From Glycera tridactyla (taxonomy: Eukaryota), in the NCBI GenBank assembly GCA_965644265.1, contig OZ286467.1:15500001-15563737 (forward strand): 63,737 nt of DNA, in the 5' to 3' direction. A program made the translations under genes and the position numbers. Shown piece after piece: positions 14,122-25,114 of the stretch; within the stretch, counting starts at the first letter, position 1, and each line of letters starts with the position of its first letter. The notes under the pieces were generated by a model. The model ran no database searches. It was not told where the DNA came from and saw only the letters and a program-made list of their open reading frames with translations.

Positions 14122-15405
14122 TGGGTGATATCCAATCTTGATCCGGTGAAGAGAAAGTACGAAAACCACACAGAAACTATAGAAATAAATGGATCAACCC
14201 CTCCAATCGCCGGAGCATGACATAGGAGTATCCTGGTTTCCCCGTGATATATGACACATATAATGAGGTCTGATGAGACAAATCACCACCTGGCATGACC
14301 ATCCAAGAGATCCACATCGTGTGAAATATACACCCTGTATACCAGCCATGTCAGTAGTGCTGAACCGGTTTGACCTGCCAGGCTATCAAGTTCACAAAAG
14401 TATCTCTCTGACCAATTCCAGACTTGATGCAGCTCGGACATGTGGGTTACGAGCACAAAAAACGCCCCCCTATGAATATTTGACTCTGTCCCGGGAATGT
14501 TTAGGATATTAGCAGTCGCTGATCAGGCTTGTTGTATGACAGCCACATGAAATCATCATTGGGGAAAAGTGCGAAGAAAGATGAGCACTTTCTGTGAGGA
14601 GGCTGAAATTGAACCATACATCAATTTCCTCAATATTGCCAACATGAGTACGTAATGGAATGTAGACGGAAAACCAGGATGAAAACAATTGGTCGATATT
14701 ACGTGGTGTATGTGATCTTCTGAATTTGTTGTCCATGATTGTATGTGGAAACATGTTTGATGATTTTGATTTAGTGCCGTCAACCTCGCTAGCTTGATAT
14801 TCATTCATACTGAAGGTTCAGATTTCATTTGATATGATATTCGTCCGATATGATATGTATCAATGGGGTGATGCATGCGGCAGTACCAGTCGCACCACGA
14901 AAGGCTTTAATATCGATATGATCATTTTTGCCTAAATTCCACTGGGTACAGCGCCAGCACTGAAGCATTCTCCGATGTTGAGATATGGCATGATATGAGA
15001 TCATCTGTTGTGATCGCCACTCTACCAGCGGCATGTCAGCCTGCCAGTCGCAGCTGTTACTGTCAGCTGAAACTGTCGCTTCAAAAGCTACATACGTCAC
15101 TTAGTCAGCTGTACATGTCACCTCACCAGCTGACTATGTGTCTGATTGGTAGTGGGAGGAAATGTCTCCGAGATTCGGACAGATCACATACTCTGCTCTA
15201 CACAGTATTCGTGGCGGTGATTCTTCGAGAATCATTGAGTTGGCAATTTCATTTTCAATGGGTGATGAAAAGATTCAGTGCTGTTTTTGCAATGTCCAAG
15301 AGTTGATTTCGGTTGCGGAAGGTGTTCATTATCTGTTTTAGTTGTTAACGAAGTGAACATTCCTACTTCTGTCTTGGAACGTCGAATGGTAGATCTGAAA
15401 AGTCA

Positions 15406-18400
15406 TTGTTCATGGTCGTTGTTCGAAGGGATACAGTTGGTAGTAACTACTCAGCTCCAATAATGATTGGAATTGATGGGACTGTTGATGCTGGTGGCGC
15501 TGATTCGGCTGGCGGTGGTGGTTCAGCTGGTGGTGGTGGTTCAGCTGGTGGTGGTCGTTCAGCTTGTGGTGGTGGTTCAGCCGATTGTGATGGTGGTTCA
15601 GCTGCTGATGGTTCAGCTGCTGGAGGCGATGTTGTTGCGGATGGTATTCAGGGTGGTTGTGAATCAGCTGCTGGTGATGGTGGTTCAGCTGCTGGAGGCG
15701 ATGTTGTTGCGGATGGTATCCAGGGTGGTTGTGAATCAGCTGCTGGTGATGGTGGTTCAGCTGCTGGAGGCGATGTTGTTGCGGATGGTATTCAGGGTGG
15801 TTGTGAATCAGCTGCTGGTGATGGTGGTTCAGCTGCTGGAGGCGATGTTGTTGCAGATGGTATTCAGGGTGGTTGTGAATCAGCTGCTGGTGATGGTGGT
15901 TCAGTTGCTGGAGGCGATGTTGTTGCAGATGGTATCCAGGGTGGTTGTGAATCAGCTGCTGGTGATGGTGGTTCAGCTGCTGTTAGTTCAGCTGCTGGAG
16001 GAGATGTTGTTGCGGATGGTATTCAGGGTGGTTGTGAATCAGCTGCGGGTGATGGTGGTTCAGCTGCTGTTAGTTCAGCTGCTGGAGGCGATGTTGTTGC
16101 AGATGGTATCCAGGGTGGTTGTGAATCAGCTGCTGGTGATGGTGGTTCAGCTGCTGTTAGTTCAGCTGCTGGAGGAGATGTTGTTGCGGATGGTATTCAG
16201 GGTGGTTGTGAATCAGCTGCGGGTGATGGTGGTTCAGCTGCTGGAGGCGATGTTGTTGCAGATGGTATCCAGGGTGGTTGTGAATCAGCTGCGGGTGATG
16301 GTGGTTCAGCTGCTGGAGGCGATGTTGTTGCGGATGGTATTCAGGGTGGTTGTGAATCAGCTGCGGGTGATGGTGGTTCAGCTGCTGAAGGCGATGTTGT
16401 TGCGGATGGTATTCAGGGTGGTTGTGAATCAGCTGCTGATGGTGGTTCGGCTGCTGTTGGTTCAGCTGCTAGAGACGATGTTGTTGCGGATGGTATTCAG
16501 GGTGATTGTGAATCAGCTGCTAGTGATGGTGGTTCAGCTGCTGTTGATTCAGCTGCTGGAGGCGACGTTGTTGCGGATGGTATTCAGGGTGGTTGTGGTT
16601 CAGCTGCTGATGGTTCAGCTGCTGGAGGCGATGTTGTTGCGGATGGTATTCAGGGTGGTTGTGAATCAGCTGCTGGTGATGGTGGTTCAGCTGCTGTTAG
16701 TTCAGCTGCTGGAGGAGATGTTGTTGCGGATGGTATTCAGGGTGGTTGTGAAGCAGCTGCTAGTGCTGGTGGTTCAGCTGCTGGAGGCGATGTTGTTGCG
16801 GATGGTATTCAGGGTGGTTGTGAATCAGCTGCTAGTGGTGGTGGTTCAGCTGCTGGAGGCGATGTTGTTGCGGATGGTATTCAGGGTGGTTTTGGTTCAG
16901 CTGCTGATGGTTCAGCTGCTGGAGGCGATGTTGTTGCGGATGGTATTCAGGGTGGTTGTGAATCAGCTGCGGGTGATGGTGGTTCAGCTGCTGGAGACGA
17001 TGTTGTTGCGGATGGTATTCAGGGTGGTTGTGAATCAGCTGCTGATGATAGTGGTTCAGCTGCTGGAGGCGATGTTGTTGCGGATGGTATTCAGGGTGGT
17101 TGTGGTTCAGCTGCTGATGGTTCAGCTGCTGGAGGCGATGTTGTTGCGGATGGTATTCAGGGTGGTTGTGAATCAGCTGCTGGTGATGGTGGTTCAGCTG
17201 CTGTTAGTTCAGCTGCTGGAGGAGATGTTGTTGCGGATGGTATTCAGGGTGGTTGTGAAGCAGCTGCTAGTGGTGGTGGTTCAGCTGCTGGAGGCGATGT
17301 TGTTGCGGATGGTATTCAGGGTGGTTGTGAAGCAGCTGCTAGTGGTGGTGGTTCAGCTGCTGGAGGCGATGTTGTTGCGGATGGTATTCAGGGTGGTTGT
17401 GAATCAGCTGCTAGTGGTGGTGGTTCAGCTGCTGGAGGCGATGTTGTTGCGGATGGTATTCAGGGTGGTTGTGAATCAGCTGCTGGTGATGGTGGTTCAG
17501 CTGCTGTTAGTTCAGCTGCTGGAGGAGATGTTGTTGCGGATGGTATTCAGGGTGGTTGTGAATCAGCTGCGGGTGATGGTGGTTCAGCTGCTGTTAGTTC
17601 AGCTGCTGGAGGAGATGTTGTTGCGGATGGTATTCAGGGTGGTTGTGAATCAGCTGCGGGTGATGGTGGTTCAGCTGCTGAAGGCGATGTTGTTGCGGAT
17701 GGTATTCAGGGTGGTTGTGAATCAGCTGCTGGTGATGGTGGTTCAGCTGCTGGAGGCGATGTTGTTGCGGATGGTATTCAGGGTGGTTGTGAATCAGCTG
17801 CTGATGGTGGTTCGGCTGCTGTTGGTTCAGCTGCTAGAGACGATGTTGTTGCGGATGGTATTCAGGGTGATTGTGAATCAGCTGCTAGTGATGGTGGTTC
17901 AGCTGCTGTTGATTCAGCTGCTGGAGGCGATGTTGTTGCGGATGGTATTCAGGGTGGTTGTGAATCAGCTGCGGGTGATGGTGGTTCAGCTGCTGGAGAC
18001 GATGTTGTTGCGGATGGTATTCAGGGTGGTTGTGAATCAGCTGCTGATGATAGTGGTTCAGCTGCTGGAGGCGATGTTGTTGCGGATGGTATTCAGGGTG
18101 GTTGTGGTTCAGCTGCTGATGGTTCAGCTGCTGGAGTCAATGTTGTTGCGGATGGTATTCAGGGTGGTTGTGAATCAGCTGCTGGTGATGGTGGTTCAGC
18201 TGCTGTTAGTTCAGCTGCTGGAGGAGATGTTGTTGCGGATGGTATTCAGGGTGGTTGTGAAGCAGCTGCTAGTGGTGGTGGTTCAGCTGCTGGAGGCGAT
18301 GTTGTTGCGGATGGTATTCAGGGTGGTTGTGAATCAGCTGCTAGTGGTGGTGGTTCAGCTGCTGGAGGCGATGTTGTTGCGGATGGTATTCAGGGTGGTT

Positions 18401-19395
18401 GTGGTTCAGCTGCTGATGGTTCAGCTGCTGGAGGCGATGTTGTTGCGGATGGTATTCAGGGTGGTTGTGAATCAGCTGCGGGTGATGGTGGTTCAGCTGC
18501 TGGAGACGATGTTGTTGCGGATGGTATTCAGGGTGGTTGTGAATCAGCTGCGGGTGATGGTGGTTCAGCTGCTGGAGGCGATGTTGTTGCGGATGGTATT
18601 CAGGGTGGTTGTGAAGCAGCTGCTAGTGGTGGTGGTTCAGCTGCTGGAGGCGATGTTGTTGCGGATGGTATTCGACGTGGTTGGGAATCAGCTGCTAGTG
18701 GTGGTGGTTCAGCTGCTGATGGTTCAGCTGCTGAAGGAGATGTTGTTGCGGATGGTATTCAGGGTGGTTGTGAATCAGCTGCTGGTGATGGTGGTTCAGC
18801 TGCTGGAGGCGATGTTGTTGCAGATGGTATTCGACGTGGTTGGGAATCAGCTGCTGGTGATGGTGGTTCAGCTGCTGATGGTTCAGCTGCTGAAGGAGAT
18901 GTTGTTGCGGATGGTATTCAGTGTGATTGTGAATCAGCTGCGGGTGATGGTGGTTCAGCTGCTGGAGGGGATGTTGTTGCAGATGGTATCCAGGGTGGTT
19001 GTGAATCAGCTGCTGGTGATGGTGGTTCAGCTGCTGATGGTTCAGCTGCTGAAGGAGATGTTGTTGCGGATGGTATTCAGGGTGATTGTGAATCAGCTGC
19101 GGGTGATGGTGGTTCAGCTGCTGAAGGAGATGTTGTTGCGGATTGTATTCAGGGTGATTGTGAATCAGCTGCGGGTGATGGTGGTTCAGCTGCTGGAGGC
19201 GATGTTGTTGCAGATCGTATTCAGGGTAATTGTGAATCAGCTGCTGGTGGTGGTTCGGCTGCTGGTGGTTTGACTGCAAGTAGCGAGGCTACTGCTGATC
19301 ATGCCGATGGTGTTGTTGGTGATGATGGTGCAGTCGGTGCTGGTGGAGCTGGCAGTGGAGGTGATGGTGTTGCAGGTGGCATTTTGGGATGGTAG
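15406..19395 (+). CDS. Stop-free 1329-codon Gly/Ala/Asp/Val/Cys repeat ORF; coding status doubtful
   Basis: The frame is open across the whole array, but it has no signal peptide or recognisable domain. A second + frame (15467-19273) is also open, so openness may simply be inherited from the amplified unit. Confidence 0.2.
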   Translation: MFMVVVRRDTVGSNYSAPIMIGIDGTVDAGGADSAGGGGSAGGGGSAGGGRSACGGGSADCDGGSAADGSAAGGDVVADGIQGGCESAAGDGGSAAGGDVVADGIQGGCESAAGDGGSAAGGDVVADGIQGGCESAAGDGGSAAGGDVVADGIQGGCESAAGDGGSVAGGDVVADGIQGGCESAAGDGGSAAVSSAAGGDVVADGIQGGCESAAGDGGSAAVSSAAGGDVVADGIQGGCESAAGDGGSAAVSSAAGGDVVADGIQGGCESAAGDGGSAAGGDVVADGIQGGCESAAGDGGSAAGGDVVADGIQGGCESAAGDGGSAAEGDVVADGIQGGCESAADGGSAAVGSAARDDVVADGIQGDCESAASDGGSAAVDSAAGGDVVADGIQGGCGSAADGSAAGGDVVADGIQGGCESAAGDGGSAAVSSAAGGDVVADGIQGGCEAAASAGGSAAGGDVVADGIQGGCESAASGGGSAAGGDVVADGIQGGFGSAADGSAAGGDVVADGIQGGCESAAGDGGSAAGDDVVADGIQGGCESAADDSGSAAGGDVVADGIQGGCGSAADGSAAGGDVVADGIQGGCESAAGDGGSAAVSSAAGGDVVADGIQGGCEAAASGGGSAAGGDVVADGIQGGCEAAASGGGSAAGGDVVADGIQGGCESAASGGGSAAGGDVVADGIQGGCESAAGDGGSAAVSSAAGGDVVADGIQGGCESAAGDGGSAAVSSAAGGDVVADGIQGGCESAAGDGGSAAEGDVVADGIQGGCESAAGDGGSAAGGDVVADGIQGGCESAADGGSAAVGSAARDDVVADGIQGDCESAASDGGSAAVDSAAGGDVVADGIQGGCESAAGDGGSAAGDDVVADGIQGGCESAADDSGSAAGGDVVADGIQGGCGSAADGSAAGVNVVADGIQGGCESAAGDGGSAAVSSAAGGDVVADGIQGGCEAAASGGGSAAGGDVVADGIQGGCESAASGGGSAAGGDVVADGIQGGCGSAADGSAAGGDVVADGIQGGCESAAGDGGSAAGDDVVADGIQGGCESAAGDGGSAAGGDVVADGIQGGCEAAASGGGSAAGGDVVADGIRRGWESAASGGGSAADGSAAEGDVVADGIQGGCESAAGDGGSAAGGDVVADGIRRGWESAAGDGGSAADGSAAEGDVVADGIQCDCESAAGDGGSAAGGDVVADGIQGGCESAAGDGGSAADGSAAEGDVVADGIQGDCESAAGDGGSAAEGDVVADCIQGDCESAAGDGGSAAGGDVVADRIQGNCESAAGGGSAAGGLTASSEATADHADGVVGDDGAVGAGGAGSGGDGVAGGILGW
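15490..19270. repeat. Triplet-periodic minisatellite, 48 units of 66/72/84/87 bp (core 72 bp)
   Basis: Core unit GATGTTGTTGCGGATGGTATTCAGGGTGGTTGTGAATCAGCTGCTGGTGATGGTGGTTCAGCTGCTGGAGGC. I counted 48 (D/N)VVAD motifs in the + frame translation. All unit-length variants are multiples of 3. A 15-bp GGTGGTGGTTCAGCT lead-in lies at ~15490-15600. Confidence 0.97.
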
Positions 19396-20110
19396 TGATT
19401 GGACTGATTGTGATTGCCCGATCAGTGGTGGTGGTTCGGCTTGTGGTGCTGGTGCTGCTTCTACTGCTGGTCATGCTCATTATGCTATCGGTAATGGTGG
19501 TGCAGTTGGTACTGGTGGAGCTGGCAGTGGAGGTGGTGGTGTTGCAGGTGGCATTTGGGATGGTAGTGTTTTGGCTGATTGTGTTTGCCCGGTCAGTGGT
19601 GGTGGCTCGGCTGGTAGTGCTGGTGCTGCTTCTACTGCTGGTCATGCTCATTATGCTATCGGTAATGATGGTGCAGTTGGTGCTGGTGGAGCTGGCAGTG
19701 GAGGTGGTGGTGTTGCAGATGGCATTTGGGATGGTAGTGATTGGGCTGTTTGTGGTTGCCCGGTCAGTGGTGGTGGTTCGGCTGGTAGTGCTGGTGCTGC
19801 TTCTACTGCTGGTCATGCTCATTATGCTATCGGTAATGGTGGTGCAGTTGGTGCTGGTGGAGCTGGCAGTGGAGGTGGTGGTGTTGCAGGTGGCATTTTG
19901 GGATGGTAGTGATTAGGCTGCTTGTGGTTGCCCAGTCAGTGGTGGTGGTTCGGCTGGTGGTGCTGGTGCTGCTTCTACTGCTGGTCATGCTCATTATGCT
20001 ATCGGTAATGATGGTGCAGTTGGTGCTGGTGGAGCTGGCAGTGGAAGTGGTGGTGTTGCAGGTGGCATTTGGGTGGTAGTGGTTTGGCTGGTGCTGGTTT
20101 GTATGCATGT
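19300..20110. repeat. Tandem repeat of ~171 bp, about 4.5 copies
   Basis: GGTCATGCTCATTATGC recurs at 19469, 19640, 19811 and 19983 (periods 171, 171, 172). The + frame unit reads GHAHYAIGNGGAVGAGGAGSGGGGVAGGIWDGS...STA (57 aa). 1-bp T-run insertions (ATTTTGG vs ATTTGG) occur near 19383 and 19897. Confidence 0.95.
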
Positions 20111-23100
20111 AGTGGTGCTACTGCCGATCATGCTGATGATTGTGCTGGTGATGGTGGTGCAGTTTTTGCTTGTAGAGCTGGTCGGATAATTGGTACGAGT
20201 GTTACTTAGGCTAGGTAATGACGGGCTGTTATTTGAGTCTGCCAATCATCCTATGTTCAGGGCTTGAGGACGTAAATCCTGCAGGGGACAAATAATCCAG
20301 CTTTCGAACTCCAAAAAGTTTTCTTCGCTGCTGAACCAATCAGCATCTGATGTTTCAGCTTCCCGTCATGAGTGCACCGGGGTTGTGAGCAGATCAGGTT
20401 TTCCTGACAAAACACCGAGCGATGTCAGGATTAGTGAAGCTCACGCATAAGTGTCTCCCAGTCAGGTGACGTGATTCGTCGAAAGTACCGTATTGTCAGG
20501 AATCGGGCCATTTCAGTAAGAATGATGACTCCCAGGGTTTATCGATGGAGAGAGCACGCCACCATGATCCTCTGAGTTGATACTCAAATTGATTAATTCT
20601 CCTCCTCAATCTCTTCATTTAACCAACAACATCATATATTTTGTTTTTATGACAGGATATATTGGGGTTATTGCGCAACCATATGGGAACTCATCGATTC
20701 TTCATCGATTTTTCCCAGCTCGAGAATTGAAAAAGGATCAACAATAACCCATGCATATCACAGGGGAGACACTATCGAGTGACGAATTGTGTATAATACT
20801 TGTCTTGGATCTGAAATATATCTCTCTATTGGTGAGCACGTTCATGCTGGAATGTTTTTCAAATGCACTCGTCTCTGTATGGATGGTTGTTTACTACCAC
20901 AGGAAATAAGATGGGCACGAAGACCACCAAGGCTGCCAATTTGTGTGATTGCTAACGATGCCTTTCAGAGGGAAACAGGTGGGCGGCCCTCCACTCGAGT
21001 GGACATAATGAGTGATGATCAGCAAGTAATTACCCTCTCCTGGGGACAAAGGTTGATCTGGAAGTTTGCTCCAGTCTGCTCCGCCCTTGCTCTCAGGACA
21101 TGGTATAGTCAGCATTAATCCTCAAGTACCTGCCATGTGTTAAAAGAACCACGGAGTAAACAGGGGAATTCACAAGGGAGTAACGGACTACTTCTTGGAC
21201 ATCACCTTGTTCACAACAATCCACTGCCGCATCTAAAAAAGCCGAAATGGTTCGTTTCATGGTTCTCATCACATTTGACAGGTATATTGCACTAGGGTGG
21301 TCACATAGGTGGCCACAATGATGACTTGTATAATTTCATGGATGCTTATCTAAGTTCAGCTTGAAATGTGTGTCCATGTGTCTGGACCCATGTTTTTTCA
21401 TTATTGCATCATGCCGCTTTGTCGACCATTTCTCTAAGTGAATGGTACTGCACTTTTCACAAATAGGATTTTAACATTGTTTGACTTTGACCTATTCATT
21501 CTATTCACATGACGCTCCTAGAATATCTCAAAATTTTACGGACACTGATCCTGAGTCACGAGATTCGTGACATCAACTGTTGGTTTCGTACCAACTTTGT
21601 ATTTGGTGCCGAAACTGATGAGATGTCGTTGATTAGCTATTCGAATCACCTGGTCAGGAAGGCACCCACGTAGATGGTTTGTCGAGTGATTGGTCAGAGT
21701 CTACCGGCACGTATCGGAAATTCTACCTCGGAATCGGACCTCATCGCAAGGTATACGGCTATGCAATTTAATCCCCAATGACTAACTCGATCCCGCAGTT
21801 CAAGAAGGGCATGAAAATGTTCTATAGTCGGGGATGGATAATCATTAGATTAATGTCTACTATAAGACTCACTACTGAATCATCACTCCGCGGGATTATA
21901 CGACATGCGCACGACATGCGCACGACATGCGTATTCTCTCTACTATATCTGTGCTCATACGTTTAGAAGGGTACTGCTCCCCTGCCACTTGGTATTTACA
22001 ATAGCATCTCATCTACAGTTGCACTAGCATCTACATCTGCCCCATGATTTGTAACTTGCATTGTCTGCATCTGTATCTCTAATCATACTTTTACTTGTAT
22101 CTGTATCATATACTCTATATAGCTTGTTTTACTACGTATTTCACTTTATATACCATCTTATCGCAATGAGCGAACTTGAGTAGTGACCAACCACTGTATT
22201 AGCGCTACATTCGTATCAGCATTTGCACTTGCTTCCGCACTAGCTCTAGGTCTCCTACTCAAGTGTGTCATTGCATGTGTACTTGTGTTTGTAAGTATTC
22301 TATATTAGTAGGTCTTATATACAAGTCTGTATGGCTCGTTTCAGTTATCACATTCAACGAGAACATCTTACAGGCACATTGAAGCAGAAACAACCGTTCC
22401 GAGGCATGGCTGGGGAAATGGCGTAGAAATGAAAGAGAACACCAATTTTCATCACTAAATCAGCAAAACACCACATTAATTATTTAGATTTGTTTACGGT
22501 GAATGAAGAGTATGTTTTGGAAGGAGCTGGCCTGTTTCATGGACATCATATATCTACAAGCTTGAGTAATTAGGGAAAGTCGGTCGGTTAAACCCTGTCT
22601 GCCTACGTGATGCCGACGTCTCTGAATAATCGAGGAATTGCTTTCAGACAGGCCCTTATTTTGCTGGATCTGCCTGATATCTCATAGTCTGAAGGTCCGC
22701 CAAAAAATTGCCAGACTTCGATGCAAGTCAATAAAAGTCCATGGATCCACCATGAATCAGTGCGAAGCGAATACATGTGTGCATATATGTACCTTCTACT
22801 GACAAATTTGTGTTTCTTTCATTTTTCCCCACAGTGAGGGCAAACTCTTCAACCTTGAGTCGAGACTCTAGGTTTCGAGGAGGTGGAACAATACGTTTCA
22901 ATCTGTGTCTTCCCCGAGCCTAGAGCCTCACAAAGTCTAGACTATGCGAAATATCATATATTCTTACGAGACCTAGAAATCGCATTTTCCGTTAGTCTTA
23001 CACGTGCTGAATTGATGCGCTCACGGAGTGACACAGAGTCAGAACTGTGCAGGGCCATTTCTGTCAACCTAGAGATGGGACGTCATCTTTCTCAGACTTG

Positions 23101-24312
23101 GAAGTGATCTCCGACCCAGGAGCAACCATCCAACTCAAAGCTACTTCATTCACCCGTTTGGGTGCTTCAAGTTCATGTTTGAAATCTGACATCACTAATA
23201 TCCTATGATTTGCAGCTATTGAAATGGTGAACGTTATCGAAGAAATAGGACGATAGTCAATGCTTCATAATTCCATATTCACCAAACTATGTATGATATT
23301 CAATTCGTATATTGAGGTACATATATTCCTTCTTTGCAGCAATGAACAAACTGTTGAAAAGACACTGGATCCCACTGCAGTTCAAGCAGTGCTGATAAGA
23401 CGATTCCAAAACTATTTCTACTGATCCTCTTCGAAATAAAAGTTCACCCAATCCTTTGCGCATACACCCTGTACGTCTGTCCGTCCGTCTGTCTGTCCGT
23501 CTGTCTGTCATACTTCTGTTGCACCCCTCCCATTGAAATTCACTGAATGAATGAAAGCAGTAAACATCGAAGAAGTATGTGATTGTTTAAAGTTACTCGG
23601 TGCATGATAAACAATCATGTGATATTCAACATTTCCTCTGAAAAATAGTTTTTGCAAAAGAATGTTGCGGATGAAAGTGAGTTTGTATATGTATATATCC
23701 ATTCGTATACTGCGAAGCACTTCACTACACATTTGCATGACTAGCAGGAATATGCCATTTCATCTCACATAAAAGCAGACTACATCTTGATGTATGGTAG
23801 AGAACATAGGATACCTGCTGGAAAAATAGATTAGTGCGGCCCTAGATCAAGGCTTCCGCAGCAGTCGAGGAGATTCGGTGGTGATTACACATGAAGTAAT
23901 GGCGAATAAACGGCTGTGTCGGCACTGGCCAAGCTGTATACCTCCGGTTATGGACATATCAAGCAACATTATCCTCCTAGTTCACTTGTAACCAGCCACG
24001 TCACAGCCATACTCCATGCTAAAACTCACGCAACATACTCATGCTCATTCCCCATCAGAGCTGTGATCAACATCCATTGCACTGTCTGAACAGAAAAATG
24101 TTGTCTGTGAATTCTCCTCTAATACCAATACCCTCCATTAAGAGACATTACGTTCGGGGACCTGATCTTGCTACGGCAGTCACTTAAGACGAAGCACACA
24201 CTCATACTGACAGTAGTGAGGTATGTCTGTCTGTCTGTCTGTCTGTCCATGTGTCTATCTGTGAGTCTGTGTCTGTTTGTCTGTCTGTCCGTCCGTCTAT
24301 GTATCTTTGTGT

Positions 24313-25114
24313 NNNNNNNNNNNNNNNNNNNNNNNNNNNNNNNNNNNNNNNNNNNNNNNNNNNNNNNNNNNNNNNNNNNNNNNNNNNNNNNNNNNNNNNN
24401 NNNNNNNNNNNNNNNNNNNNNNNNNNNNNNNNNNNNNNNNNNNNNNNNNNNNNNNNNNNNNNNNNNNNNNNNNNNNNNNNNNNNNNNNNNNNNNNNNNNN
24501 NNNNNNNNNNNNNNNNNNNNNNNNNNNNNNNNNNNNNNNNNNNNNNNNNNNNNNNNNNNNNNNNNNNNNNNNNNNNNNNNNNNNNNNNNNNNNNNNNNNN
24601 NNNNNNNNNNNNNNNNNNNNNNNNNNNNNNNNNNNNNNNNNNNNNNNNNNNNNNNNNNNNNNNNNNNNNNNNNNNNNNNNNNNNNNNNNNNNNNNNNNNN
24701 NNNNNNNNNNNNNNNNNNNNNNNNNNNNNNNNNNNNNNNNNNNNNNNNNNNNNNNNNNNNNNNNNNNNNNNNNNNNNNNNNNNNNNNNNNNNNNNNNNNN
24801 NNNNNNNNNNNNNNNNNNNNNNNNNNNNNNNNNNNNNNNNNNNNNNNNNNNNNNNNNNNNNNNNNNNNNNNNNNNNNNNNNNNNNNNNNNNNNNNNNNNN
24901 NNNNNNNNNNNNNNNNNNNNNNNNNNNNNNNNNNNNNNNNNNNNNNNNNNNNNNNNNNNNNNNNNNNNNNNNNNNNNNNNNNNNNNNNNNNNNNNNNNNN
25001 NNNNNNNNNNNNNNNNNNNNNNNNNNNNNNNNNNNNNNNNNNNNNNNNNNNNNNNNNNNNNNNNNNNNNNNNNNNNNNNNNNNNNNNNNNNNNNNNNNNN
25101 NNNNNNNNNNNNNN
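24313..25114. other. Assembly gap (802 N)
   Basis: N-run after a (GTCT)n tract. Other gaps: 32067-32283, 36634-36830, 37158-37368, 37500-37840, 55681-55942. All X-filled ORFs in the track are artefacts. Confidence 1.

Noticed and set aside
14825-15100. SGNH-esterase of a LINE ORF1 (DIKAFRGAT resembles V-x-x-F-P-G-A-T)
   Set aside because: The GDS and HxGxND blocks are not present in register; a single short motif is not enough.
15490-19270. Selenoprotein-P-like multi-Sec protein
   Set aside because: The alternative codons at the TGA position are TGG and CGA, never TGT/TGC, and I identified no SECIS. Kept only as a testable alternative.
15467-19273. 1268-aa Val/Leu/Met/Gln-rich ORF
   Set aside because: A shadow frame of the minisatellite with implausible composition.
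18695-19279. His/Gln-rich minus-strand ORF (QLIHNHPEYHPQQH repeats) as a metal-binding protein
   Set aside because: This frame is broken by TAG/TAA wherever common unit variants (GCTAGT, GTTAGT) occur; it is a shadow frame.
21603-21616. tRNA-Phe-type PBS (TGGTGCCGAAAC)
   Set aside because: No adjacent LTR or gag sequence.
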